A stretch of DNA of 64,000 bases from Candidatus Hadarchaeum sp. GTDB taxonomy: Archaea; Hadarchaeota; Hadarchaeia; Hadarchaeales; Hadarchaeaceae. The stretch spans positions 32,001 to 96,000 of the forward strand of contig NZ_JAVZIN010000006.1 of NCBI RefSeq assembly GCF_038871235.1, read 5' to 3'. The notes under the pieces are model-generated. The model had not been told where the DNA came from. It saw only the letters and a list, made by a program, of their open reading frames with translations, and searched no databases. A program made the position numbers and the translations under genes. Shown here piece by piece: positions 47,267 to 56,809 of the stretch (position 1 is the first letter of the stretch; the number at the start of each line of letters is the position of its first letter).

Positions 47267-47640
47267 CTTACCGCGACCTGACCTTGCCAAGGAATGTAAC
47301 CGTTTCTGGTGACCTGGACCGTGACGAGGACGACCTTAGCGCCGTTCATCGGGATGGTGAAGGTGTATTGGTTGGTTTCCTTTCCCAGTGTGCGGGCGTC
47401 AGTTCCTCCGGGATACTTCAACACAATCGTCACACCGCCCAGCGCATCACCGCTGGCTGCATCGTAGACCTTCACCGTGAGCTTTTTGCCGGAAATTGAG
47501 AATCGGACATCCATGTCACGGAACACGTTTCGTTCCGCCGTGCCGACGAACTGCATCAGGATACTCATCGTCATCGCTCCGATTACGAGCGCCATAATCA
47601 ATTTGATCGGGACGCCCATCAGCTGACCTTTTTCCTCCAC
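47263..47640 (-). CDS. Archaeal type IV pilin-like protein with beta-sandwich C-terminus
   Basis: EEKG/QLMGVPIKLIMALVIG class III signal peptide. Confidence 0.68.
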   Translation of the reverse strand: MEEKGQLMGVPIKLIMALVIGAMTMSILMQFVGTAERNVFRDMDVRFSISGKKLTVKVYDAASGDALGGVTIVLKYPGGTDARTLGKETNQYTFTIPMNGAKVVLVTVQVTRNGYIPWQGQVAVR

Positions 47641-47769
47641 CTAACCCGCCGGTCAGTTGCGGGCAGCTTCTTTATATCAAAATAAAAATCGTGGCTCAAA
47701 ATCACAGCGGAGGTCGCAATTGGGGTTTGTTTTTATAAGGAGGTAATTTTGTTTTTAGAAGTGAGCACG

Positions 47770-48033
47770 ATGGCAAAGACATACTATGTGTATATACTGC
47801 GGAGCCTGAAGGACGATAACTTCTACACGGGACACACCGCCGACCTCAAGGAGCGATTGGCCCAGCACAACCGTGGCGATGTCCGATCGACTAAGGCGAG
47901 AAGGCCGCTGGTCCTGATCTACTGGGAATCTTTCAAGACGCGCAGCGAGGCGATGAAACGGGAGCGCAAGATAAAGTCGATGTGCCGTGAAGCCAAGTTG
48001 AGGCTGATCGAGAATTTCAAGAAATTGGAATAG
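47770..48033 (+). CDS. Small GIY-YIG nuclease family protein (UPF0213-like)
   Basis: YYVYIL, FYTGHT, RLAQHN, AMKRERKIK. Confidence 0.88.
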   Translation: MAKTYYVYILRSLKDDNFYTGHTADLKERLAQHNRGDVRSTKARRPLVLIYWESFKTRSEAMKRERKIKSMCREAKLRLIENFKKLE

Positions 48034-48071
48034 TCTTTTTAGTATCTTTATTATAGCTTTATTGGGATTTA

Positions 48072-48572
48072 ATGCGAGATGGAGCGCTGAAGTGGTCGTT
48101 GAGGCTGCTAGGAATCGCTCTGGTGGTGGTCCCGATACTCGTGGCCTTTTCTGCCAGCAATTGGGACCCTAAGGAGGCGGTGCTGCCCAGCGAGCAGGAA
48201 CTAAACCAGATTTCAGGAAGAGTAGGTGAAATCTTCGGCGGCGGATTCTCTGAGGATACCATAGTTCTTGGTCAACCTACTTTTAGCGGAAATAGCGTCA
48301 GCGTCCCAGCGACTTTCAAATCTCCCTTCAAAGTGCCGGTTAAGCTTGAGGAGTTCACCCTGACAGTTTCTGATCAGGGTATGCAGCCCATTAAGCTTCA
48401 GATGGAGGAGGACGAGTTGGAGATCCCAGCGAACGGGACGGTTACTTTCACGCTGGTTGGGGCCATTCCAACGACTCCGCCAAGTAATCCACGAGTGACT
48501 GCCGTCAGCGTTACCCTTGAGATTTATGGAGTCATTATAAACTTTAGCCGAGGTTCGGGAGGCCAGCTATGA
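48072..48572 (+). CDS. Membrane-anchored hypothetical protein with beta-rich domain
   Basis: N-terminal hydrophobic helix followed by a beta-rich region; overlaps the next gene by ATGA. Confidence 0.65.
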   Translation: MRDGALKWSLRLLGIALVVVPILVAFSASNWDPKEAVLPSEQELNQISGRVGEIFGGGFSEDTIVLGQPTFSGNSVSVPATFKSPFKVPVKLEEFTLTVSDQGMQPIKLQMEEDELEIPANGTVTFTLVGAIPTTPPSNPRVTAVSVTLEIYGVIINFSRGSGGQL

Positions 48573-49183
48573 AGCCCAGCAGTACTTCAGCCACGCGTTC
48601 CATGAATTTCATCGGCCTAGCTGCCGGGGTTCTGATGGTGGCTCTTCCTTTTCTCGGTCCATGGTGGATGGCCACCGTGGGAACAGGGGCGATGGAGATA
48701 GCCCTTTCTCCATTTGATTTATCGATATCGGTACTGGGACAGCCCATTCACTCGCAGCTGGTGGACCTCTTTCTGCTGGCGAGCAAGATAGCTATGATAA
48801 TCGCTGGGGCCTTCTTGGTCTTGGGGTCGCTGTTTCCGAACAGCTGGTGGTCCAGTCGCCTGGTGAGGTTTGGAGTGATGAAGCCTTTCTGGGCGGTTGT
48901 AGGAATAGTTGTTGTGCTGATTGTGGGGTCGTTTTTAGTTAATAATGTTCTGCCCCACCTGCTGGCCAACATCATCCCTGATGGAGCCTCAGTGGAGATA
49001 ATGGTTCCTTACCTAGTTGGCTCAGCAAGTGCTACAATTCAGATAGGTTCGCAGGCATCAATAGTTGCCCCCATCAATCTATCGTTAACGCCTGCTTTCT
49101 GGGTAGCCATTGTCGCCGCGGTGCTAGGCATCGCGGCTAGGATCAGTTACCGTCGCTTCAAAAAGCATAGAGAGCAGCAGTGA
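48569..49183 (+). CDS. Hypothetical multi-pass membrane protein
   Basis: About four hydrophobic segments, LPFLGPWW motif. Confidence 0.65.
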   Translation: MKPSSTSATRSMNFIGLAAGVLMVALPFLGPWWMATVGTGAMEIALSPFDLSISVLGQPIHSQLVDLFLLASKIAMIIAGAFLVLGSLFPNSWWSSRLVRFGVMKPFWAVVGIVVVLIVGSFLVNNVLPHLLANIIPDGASVEIMVPYLVGSASATIQIGSQASIVAPINLSLTPAFWVAIVAAVLGIAARISYRRFKKHREQQ

Positions 49184-49279
49184 ATAACGGCCCCCCACGG
49201 CTTTTACTGTGGATTTTTGTGGTGCTAGTTTAAGTCCGGCTAGTTGATTATTTCAGGTTTTAAATCGATTTCGCTGTGT

Positions 49280-49329
49280 AAGAAGATTTTATTGTAGTAG
49301 ATTCAGTGTGAAATCTTCTTCAGATTTCA
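49280..49329. promoter_or_regulatory. Two overlapping inverted repeats upstream of the permease promoter
   Basis: AAGAAGATTT-N21-AAATCTTCTT (49280-49320) and TGAAATCT-N5-AGATTTCA (49309-49329); TTTAAATA at 49352-49359. Confidence 0.45.
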
Positions 49330-49380
49330 ACCGAATCGAATTCACAAGTTATTTAAATAGAATATAGTAAGAAAATCTGT

Positions 49381-50553
49381 ATGACTAAAATTTCTCAGGA
49401 AGCTGAACAAGAGCGCTGCGTGGTACAAGAGAATTCAACTAAAAATTTATTTAACTTTCATATCAAAATTCCCAATCCATTTTTAAGACATGATAAAAGC
49501 GGTGAGGGTGGAGATGGCAAGGGCAGATTTCGGATAGTTAGTTCTCGTAGATCAAGAATCGTTTTCCCCGTGTTATCAGTAGTGGGCGCACTTCTATTGG
49601 GAGCATTTTTCATCGCTCTGTCGGGCCATGATCCGGTGGCGGCCTACGCCTCGCTGTTCATGGAGGCCTTTGGGAGCGTAAATGGTATAACCGACACATT
49701 GGTTAAAGCAGCCCCGCTGTTGTTGGCCGGAGTTGGTCTGGTAGTGGCCTATAAATCGTCCATCTGGACTATAGGTGCCGAGGGTCAGATTTTATTTGGA
49801 GCGCTTGCGGCCGTCTGGTTAGGCCTGAACTTTAAAGGAGTTCCGAGTTTTCTGCTGATTCCCACTATCATGGTGGCCAGTTTTTTGGCGGGAGCGGGGT
49901 TGGCTATGATAGCCGGAGTGCTCAAGGCAAAGATAGGTGTTAACGAAATTATCACCACGCTCATGTTGAACAACATCGCTTCTTACTTCATCCTTTACTT
50001 GGTCAGCGGTCCAATGAAGACTCCGGAAGTCGGTTACAACCAGACCCGGATTATCACCTCCGAGGCCTTTTTGCCGATATTAGTTCAGGACACGAGGCTA
50101 CATGCAGGAGTCTTGCTGGCAATTCTGGCTGCTATCTTTGTTTACATTCTGGTAGAAAAGACATCTTTGGGTTACAAGATTAAGGCCGTCGGACACAGCC
50201 CCAAGGCAGCCAAGTATGCAGGGATTAGCATGTCGCGGAATATCTTAATAGTAATGTTTGTGAGCGGAGGTCTCGCCGGCCTAGCAGGCATGGGCGAGGT
50301 CTTGGGCGTCCACCACCTGCTGATGCTCGACATCTCTCCTGGCTATGGTTACACCGCCATTCTGGTGGCCCTGCTGGCTAGGTTGAACCCCATCGCAACC
50401 ATTGCCTCGGCCTTTCTCTTTGCCGGGCTGCTGAACGGCTCGGTGGCCATGCAGCGTGGGGCTGGGGTACCGTCTTCTCTGGTACTGATTATTCAGGCCC
50501 TAGTCGTCGTATTTGTGCTGGCGAGCGAATATGCGACTCGGGAGAAAAGGTGA
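49381..50553 (+). CDS. Nucleoside/purine-type ABC transporter permease 1
   Basis: IGAEGQ, VNEIITTLMLN, AAKYAG, GYTAILVALL. Confidence 0.88.
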   Translation: MTKISQEAEQERCVVQENSTKNLFNFHIKIPNPFLRHDKSGEGGDGKGRFRIVSSRRSRIVFPVLSVVGALLLGAFFIALSGHDPVAAYASLFMEAFGSVNGITDTLVKAAPLLLAGVGLVVAYKSSIWTIGAEGQILFGALAAVWLGLNFKGVPSFLLIPTIMVASFLAGAGLAMIAGVLKAKIGVNEIITTLMLNNIASYFILYLVSGPMKTPEVGYNQTRIITSEAFLPILVQDTRLHAGVLLAILAAIFVYILVEKTSLGYKIKAVGHSPKAAKYAGISMSRNILIVMFVSGGLAGLAGMGEVLGVHHLLMLDISPGYGYTAILVALLARLNPIATIASAFLFAGLLNGSVAMQRGAGVPSSLVLIIQALVVVFVLASEYATREKR

Positions 50554-50562
50554 GGTGGGCAG

Positions 50563-51498
50563 ATGGTCACTGAGGCAGAAATCATCACCGGGCTCTTGTC
50601 GAGCGCGGTGAAGCTGGCCGTACCCCTGCTGCTGGCAGCCATTGGTGAAATTTTCTCCGAGCGTTCCGGTGTCCTTAATCTCGGGATGGAGGGGATGATG
50701 CTGGGTGGAGCCTCGGCCGCCTTCATCGGAGCCTATTTCTTCAACTTGTGGGTCGGTCTGCTGCTGGGGATGCTGGTCGGCGGAATCATCGGAGTGATCA
50801 TGGCTTTCATGAGCGTAATCCTGAGGCGGAACCAGATTGTGGTCGGCGTGGTGCTGACGATTTTCGGCGCTGGGTTGAGTTCTTTCTTGTTTCGAATGTG
50901 TTTTGGTACCGCGACTTCCTATCCTACCATAAGCGGCTTTCAGGGAGTGGAGATACCGGTTCTGGGCCAGATACCTTGGCTGGGCCCGATTCTCTTCCAG
51001 AACAACATCTTGGTTTACCTGGCCCTTTTAGCGGTGCCCGTGGCGGGAATTTTCCTTTACAAGACGACGCACGGCTTGAGGATCAGGGCGGTTGGTGAGA
51101 ACCCGAGGGCCGCCGATTCCCTCGGCGTGAACGTGGTTCGGATCCGCTTCATTTGCGTCGTCTTCGCCGGCGTGATGGGCGGGTTGGCTGGGGCTTATCT
51201 CTCCATAGGGCACATGAATATATTTCGGGAGGGAATGACCGCGGGCAGGGGCTACATCGTCCTCGCCCTGGTCATCTTTGGAACTTGGTCTCCCTACCGG
51301 GTTTTGGCGGGCTCACTGCTCTTCGGAGGAATAGATGCGCTGGGCTCACGCTTTCAGATTTTCAAAGTGGGTATTCCCTACCAGTTTGTGCTGATGTTGC
51401 CCTATGTGTTCACCATCATCGTTCTCATTCTCGTCTCGTTGAGAAAGGGCCTGACCAGAGGTGCACCGGCGGCCCTAGGAACTCCCTACGAACGTTGA
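50563..51498 (+). CDS. Nucleoside/purine-type ABC transporter permease 2
   Basis: ERSGVLNLGMEG, RAVGENP, AGRGYI, APAALG. Confidence 0.9.
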   Translation: MVTEAEIITGLLSSAVKLAVPLLLAAIGEIFSERSGVLNLGMEGMMLGGASAAFIGAYFFNLWVGLLLGMLVGGIIGVIMAFMSVILRRNQIVVGVVLTIFGAGLSSFLFRMCFGTATSYPTISGFQGVEIPVLGQIPWLGPILFQNNILVYLALLAVPVAGIFLYKTTHGLRIRAVGENPRAADSLGVNVVRIRFICVVFAGVMGGLAGAYLSIGHMNIFREGMTAGRGYIVLALVIFGTWSPYRVLAGSLLFGGIDALGSRFQIFKVGIPYQFVLMLPYVFTIIVLILVSLRKGLTRGAPAALGTPYER

Positions 51499-51533
51499 GG
51501 GAAAGTTTTATTGTAATGGATGATTTCCGGTAT

Positions 51534-51788
51534 CTATAGATTGGCATGCTTTTTCTCATACCTTATCTCTCCACATACCTCGATCTTGATAATTCTATGA
51601 TAGGGGATGTAGGTCTCGCCTTCGGGCATCATTACTTTCATGAATCCGGAGCCCAGCTCTATGATGTTCTTTCCGTGAATTTCACGCCTGTTTTCGGGTG
51701 CGCCGCGGTGGATGATTGTTATCCTGACATCACCGAGTTTTTCCTTACCAGCCCATTTGATTTTATTTAGAACTTCTCTGGCCCCCAT
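51534..51788 (-). CDS. DUF504/UPF0248 (MJ1316-like) RNA-repair-associated protein
   Basis: REVLNKIKW, HRGAP, IPYHRI. Confidence 0.82.
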   Translation of the reverse strand: MGAREVLNKIKWAGKEKLGDVRITIIHRGAPENRREIHGKNIIELGSGFMKVMMPEGETYIPYHRIIKIEVCGEIRYEKKHANL

Positions 51789-51812
51789 AGGATCACCCGG
51801 GCACTGCTAGTT

Positions 51813-52457
51813 TCAAATCAATTCAATAGCTGAAAGGATCACTTCGTGGGCACCGTCATCCGCGGACGGGCCGTGTCCTGGATAGAGACTTTTTGGTCTT
51901 AGCTCGGCCAGCTTTTTCAGAGACTTGGCGAGGGCACGGTAATCCCCTGTGGGCAGGTCGGTTCTACCCACATCTCCGTAGAAGACGGTGTCTCCGGAGA
52001 AAAGTGCGCCGAGGCGGGGCTCGTATAAGCAGATGCTGCCCTGCGTGTGGCCGGGAGTGTGGATAACCTCGAGCACAGAGCTTCCCAGTTCTATCCTATC
52101 ACCATCGTGGAGTTCCCGCGCTACCTCCAGTGGTTCGGGATGGACGCCAAAAAAGTGAGCCATTGTGACATGCCGGTCCCCCTTCCGAAGCAAAGCGGCT
52201 TCGGATTCATAGATGGCTATCTCGCATCCCGCCTTGAGGAAATCCACATCCCCTCCAGTATGATCAAAATGACAGTGGGTATTGATCAGGAGCTCGATAT
52301 CGCTCGGCTTCAATCCCAGTTTCTCCAGATTTTGGCGGACGATTTTAAAGTTCTGTCCCGTCCCGGCATCTATTAAGGTGACGACATCATCGATAATCAG
52401 GTACATGTTGGAGTCATAACCTAGGCCGCCAATTTGATGCAACATCATAGAAATCAT
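51813..52457 (-). CDS. MBL-fold metallo-hydrolase
   Basis: THCHFDH, TPGHT, SGD, PGHG. Confidence 0.9.
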   Translation of the reverse strand: MISMMLHQIGGLGYDSNMYLIIDDVVTLIDAGTGQNFKIVRQNLEKLGLKPSDIELLINTHCHFDHTGGDVDFLKAGCEIAIYESEAALLRKGDRHVTMAHFFGVHPEPLEVARELHDGDRIELGSSVLEVIHTPGHTQGSICLYEPRLGALFSGDTVFYGDVGRTDLPTGDYRALAKSLKKLAELRPKSLYPGHGPSADDGAHEVILSAIELI

Positions 52458-52652
52458 CTTTGATCATCGCCAGTAAAAATAAACTCCACGAGATAAAAAA
52501 TCAATCGGGCAGCAAGTTGATGAGATCGTGGGACTTGCAGAGAGGACAAAAACGAGGGGCAGGTAATCCACATCTCTATGAGTGATAGCTGTATCTTCTG
52601 CGGTCTTCCTCTAAATGTAGCCCAAAAACAAGGCAAATAGAGAGGATTGCGA

Positions 52653-53756
52653 CTAAGTGATCACGTTTTTCAGACCAACTTCTTCGGCAATTCCCAGCGC
52701 TTTGGAGAATTCTTCCCGCGTCAGATGTCTGTTTATTTCTTCAAACTGATCAGCACGGTAGCAAGGTCGATATTGATCCATGATATTGACTCTGACCATG
52801 GAGCCCAAGTTGTCGGCGATCCATTTTAAAACTGGCCGGGTGCAGCATTCGAGATGGTTGGGTAGCACGAGGTGGCGGATGATTAACTCCGCATCCTTAA
52901 AGGCCAGCCGGTGATTGCGTGCCACGATTTCAAAGTAGCGAGGAACTTTTGAGTAGCGTTGGGCACATTTATCGTTGCCATACTTGAAATCTGCTAAATA
53001 AATGTCCTGGGTCCCGGAGAGAAGTTCCATTGATTCAAGGGAGAGATACATGTTTGAGTTCCACACGCTCGGGATATTAGCTTGGCAAAGTTTCAGCGCC
53101 TCTAAGATGGTGGGTAGGTTTGGGGTTGGTTCTCCTCCTACAAAGTTTACGTTTCTGGCTCCCTCTTCAGCGGCATTTTCGATCAGCCTAGCTACAGAAG
53201 TTGGCGAAACCGGTACTCCCTCCTCCGGATACTGTGAGATGTCCCAGTTCTGGCAGTACTGGCATTTGAAGGTACAACCGTTAAAGAAGATGGTGTAGCT
53301 TGGTACAAGCTCCGGCTCCTCACCATGGTGCATGAATTCTGAGGAGATTCGAGAAGTTTCACCGACACCACAGGTTCCCTTTTCCCCAGCAACTCTATTG
53401 GCCTCGCATCTTCGCTCGCAGAATCTGCAGGATTTCAGAATTCTGCGGGCCAGCTCTATTTTTAGGTCCAGAAGTGAAATCTTCGGCTTGTTCAGAGTTT
53501 CCAATTCCAGCTGGTTTGAGTCTAACTTGGACAGGATAGCACGCAGTTCCTTCAATCCTTGGGCGTGGGCCTGCCAGAGATCATCCGTGTCTGAGGAGAG
53601 ATCCACGCCAACATCCACGTGTTTACAAACTTGGAACCTAGCGGGAAGCTTTTTTTCCATCACGGCAAAATAGCGGTGCAGCGCTGACCTCGCTCTCTCG
53701 TCCTTGAGCACCTCGACAGCATCAGGTCGAAGAATGCGCCACAAAGGAGCCACCAA
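52653..53756 (-). CDS. Radical SAM protein, PflX-like
   Basis: CRFCERRC...C auxiliary motif, CTFKCQYCQN, GGEPT, DFKYGN. Confidence 0.88.
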   Translation of the reverse strand: MVAPLWRILRPDAVEVLKDERARSALHRYFAVMEKKLPARFQVCKHVDVGVDLSSDTDDLWQAHAQGLKELRAILSKLDSNQLELETLNKPKISLLDLKIELARRILKSCRFCERRCEANRVAGEKGTCGVGETSRISSEFMHHGEEPELVPSYTIFFNGCTFKCQYCQNWDISQYPEEGVPVSPTSVARLIENAAEEGARNVNFVGGEPTPNLPTILEALKLCQANIPSVWNSNMYLSLESMELLSGTQDIYLADFKYGNDKCAQRYSKVPRYFEIVARNHRLAFKDAELIIRHLVLPNHLECCTRPVLKWIADNLGSMVRVNIMDQYRPCYRADQFEEINRHLTREEFSKALGIAEEVGLKNVIT

Positions 53757-53803
53757 TTAGCATTAAATAAGCTACAGTGTTAAAGAATTTCGCAGAGGAT
53801 GAT

Positions 53804-54670
53804 ATGATCGTCATATCCGGTTCTGCCTCGCCAAAGCTCTCGGCAAAGGTGGCGGACCTGCTCGGCGCCGAGTTGGTCAGTGCTGAGGTTAGACGTTTTC
53901 CTGATGGAGAAATTTACGTTAGGGTGGATGCGGAGCTGAGGAGAAAGCCGGTAGCGGTCATCCAGTCGACCTGCCCACCCCAGAACGATAATTTGATTGA
54001 ACTGCTGCTTCTGCTGGACGCTGCTAAGGATCTCGGAGCGAAGAGGATCATAGCGGTCGTGCCCTACCTCGCCTATTCCCGTCAGGACAAACGGTTCAAG
54101 CCCGGGGAGGCCATAAGCCTGCGCACGGTGAGCAAGTTAATTAGCCAGTCTGGAGCGGAGGAATTGATCACCGTGGATATTCACCAGGAGGAGACGCTCG
54201 GCAATTTCTCCATTCCGGCGTTCAACCAGAGCGCCATGCCCTTGATTGGACGTTACCTGAGGGGTCTGAATCTCAAGAACCCACTCATCATCGGTGCCGA
54301 CCAGGGATCCATAAAGCGTGCTACTAAAGTTGCGCTTGAGCTGGGGGCCGAGCATTATTTCCTAGAGAAGCGGAGGATCTCGCCAGAGAATGTGGTGGTT
54401 TATCCCAAGAATCTGGAAGTTCAGGGACGTGATGTCGTGATGGTCGACGATATTGTCAGCACTGGCGGAACCATAATCGGCGCGGCCAAGATTCTCCAAG
54501 AACAAGGAGCCCGAGATGTTTACGTTGCCTGCGCGCACCCGGTCTTGGCTGGAAATGCTGCGCAGAGGTTGAGGGAGGCCGGCATTAAGCAGATAATCGC
54601 CACCGACACCATAGAGAAGGATGTGAGCGTGGTTTCGGTTGCGCCCTTGATCGCAGAGCTTTTGAAGTAG
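53804..54670 (+). CDS. prs: Ribose-phosphate pyrophosphokinase
   Basis: FPDGE, YSRQDK, VDIH, DDIVSTGGT; start moved to MIVISG. Confidence 0.93.
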   Translation: MIVISGSASPKLSAKVADLLGAELVSAEVRRFPDGEIYVRVDAELRRKPVAVIQSTCPPQNDNLIELLLLLDAAKDLGAKRIIAVVPYLAYSRQDKRFKPGEAISLRTVSKLISQSGAEELITVDIHQEETLGNFSIPAFNQSAMPLIGRYLRGLNLKNPLIIGADQGSIKRATKVALELGAEHYFLEKRRISPENVVVYPKNLEVQGRDVVMVDDIVSTGGTIIGAAKILQEQGARDVYVACAHPVLAGNAAQRLREAGIKQIIATDTIEKDVSVVSVAPLIAELLK

Positions 54671-54679
54671 GGTTTTTGG

Positions 54680-55711
54680 ATGTCAAGACTAATGTTCGTG
54701 CTCTCCGGTGAGCATAGGACGTTGCCGGCGGCGGAGGTTGAGGCAGCCATCAAGGCCGAGCGCAGGTCTTTCAAGGAGGTGGAGCAGCTTGATCAGGTCC
54801 TCGTGCTGGAAACGAAGGCAAAGCCGGAAATCTTGGCGTCGCGTTTGGCCCTGTGTCGCGAGATCTGCTACCACCTTTGCACCTCTGGAGCCGCCGAGAA
54901 GGAGATACTGGAGGCGGTGGGTAGCTCTGACATAGTCGACCTCCTTCCCCATGGAAAGAGCTTCGCGGTCAGGATTGAGCGGGTGAAGCGAAGTGCCCCA
55001 TCAATTGACACAGTTGAGCTGGCAAAAAAAGTTGCTGGCATGATTGCTGCGGAGATTGATTTCAAGGTTGATCTACTCAACCCTCAGCTGGAGCTACTTG
55101 GTGTGTTAACCGAGGATTCCTGTGTTTTCGGAATTACTGTAGCGGCGGTGGATAGGAGACAGTTCACCAAGAGAAAACCCACGGCAAGGCCAGCTTTTCA
55201 TCCAGGCACGCTAAAGCCAGCGTTGGCTAGATGCATGGTGAACCTAGCCCGTACACCCAGAGGCGGAACCTTTTTGGATCCCTTTTGCGGTGTTGGCGGC
55301 ATATTGCTTGAGGCAGGCATCATCGGCGCTAGGCCCATTGGTGTGGATATTGATGGAGAGATGGTCAATGGGGCTAGGGCCAACCTTGAGTCCATGGGCA
55401 TCAAGGATTTTCAGCTCATGGTTGGTGATGCCCGCAAGCTGCCGGCACTGGAGGCGGATGCTGTCGCGACCGATCCTCCATACGGTCGTCAGTCAAGCAC
55501 CGCCGGGATGAAGCTTGAGGAGCTCTACCGCGAGGCGCTGCCATCGATCGCCGGGGCGCTGAAGGAGCGTGGATACTTATGCATAACCTCGCCTGCCGGA
55601 CTTGAGCTGAATGATCTAGCTGCAAGCGCTGGTTTGGTTGAAGTGGAGCAGCATGAGCAGAGAGTACACCGTAGCCTGACGCGGCAGATTTATGTTTTCA
55701 GAAGAAAGTAG
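54680..55711 (+). CDS. trm11: tRNA (guanine-10-N2) methyltransferase Trm11/TrmG10 (THUMP + MTase)
   Basis: LSGEH, THUMP region, DPFCGVGG, TDPPYG. Confidence 0.85.
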   Translation: MSRLMFVLSGEHRTLPAAEVEAAIKAERRSFKEVEQLDQVLVLETKAKPEILASRLALCREICYHLCTSGAAEKEILEAVGSSDIVDLLPHGKSFAVRIERVKRSAPSIDTVELAKKVAGMIAAEIDFKVDLLNPQLELLGVLTEDSCVFGITVAAVDRRQFTKRKPTARPAFHPGTLKPALARCMVNLARTPRGGTFLDPFCGVGGILLEAGIIGARPIGVDIDGEMVNGARANLESMGIKDFQLMVGDARKLPALEADAVATDPPYGRQSSTAGMKLEELYREALPSIAGALKERGYLCITSPAGLELNDLAASAGLVEVEQHEQRVHRSLTRQIYVFRRK

Positions 55712-55756
55712 CCGTACCTATTTAGCCCTATGCCGCGCTTTAATTTTCAGGTAGCC

Positions 55757-56674
55757 ATGAAGTTAATCTTTTTGGGAACCAGCGGTAGCATCCCGACTTC
55801 GAGGCGCAACATTCCATCGATAGCTTTGAAGATGAACGGAGAACTGTTGCTTTTCGACGTTGCCGAGGGAACGCAGCGCCAGATGGCCATTGCCCATCTC
55901 AGCCCCATGAAGGTATCCTCAATTTTCATTACACACCTTCACGGCGATCACTTCCTTGGACTGGCTGGCTTGGTGCAGACGATGGCACTACTCTTTCGTA
56001 GCGATCCGTTAGAGGTCTATTGTCCAGCGGGAGAGCGGGAGAGACTGGAGACTTACCTGAGCATACCACACTATACCCTTACTTTCGATGTTATCGTTCG
56101 GGAGCTTAACCCGGGTGATGAAATCCGCCGCAGAGGCTACCGGATACTGACCTCCGAAGTCGACCATCCTGTGCCTTCCTTGGCTTATGCGGTAGTCGAG
56201 GATGACCGCCCTGGCCACATTGATGTTAAAAAGGCAGAGGCGTTGGGGCTGAAACCCGGCCCGGATTTTGCGCGTCTGAAGGCGGGACAGAGCGTTAGGT
56301 TGAAGGACGGAACAGTAGTGAAACCGGAACAGGTGGTGGGACCACCCCGTCCCGGCAGGAAAATCGTGTATACTGGAGACACTAAACCGACCGAACGAAT
56401 AGTCAATTTAGCTAGGGGGGCCGATGTTCTCATTCATGACTGCACTTTGGACGATGAACTCGCGGACAAAGCCGAGGAGAATTCCCACTCGACTCCGAGC
56501 CGCGCGGCCGAGGTGGCCAAGCGCGCTGGAGTCAAGCTGCTAATTTTGATGCACATCAGCCCGCGGTATGAGGATGATTCTACCTTGCAGGAGCAGGCAA
56601 AAAAGATCTTTCCGAATACATTGGTGGCACGTGATCTAATGGTTATTGAAGTCCCGTTTCACAACAATACTTAG
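55757..56674 (+). CDS. rnz: Ribonuclease Z
   Basis: FLGTSG, THLHGDH, flexible arm PGP, TGDT, HST, HISPRY. Confidence 0.94.
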   Translation: MKLIFLGTSGSIPTSRRNIPSIALKMNGELLLFDVAEGTQRQMAIAHLSPMKVSSIFITHLHGDHFLGLAGLVQTMALLFRSDPLEVYCPAGERERLETYLSIPHYTLTFDVIVRELNPGDEIRRRGYRILTSEVDHPVPSLAYAVVEDDRPGHIDVKKAEALGLKPGPDFARLKAGQSVRLKDGTVVKPEQVVGPPRPGRKIVYTGDTKPTERIVNLARGADVLIHDCTLDDELADKAEENSHSTPSRAAEVAKRAGVKLLILMHISPRYEDDSTLQEQAKKIFPNTLVARDLMVIEVPFHNNT

Positions 56675-56809
56675 GCAACCTCGTTTTTAGGGACAATTTT
56701 TTCAATGGGGTAACTTTATATGCTGGCAGCTTAAATAAAATGAGAAGTTCTAGGATGTTGCGGGAAAAGTTTTTGGAGGGCCTTTCTACCGTTTTTGATT
56801 TTCTAGAAC

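Noticed and set aside
47770-48033. GIY-YIG as a homing endonuclease or mobile element
   Set aside because: Minimal UPF0213-size domain with no DNA-binding extension, intron or terminal repeats
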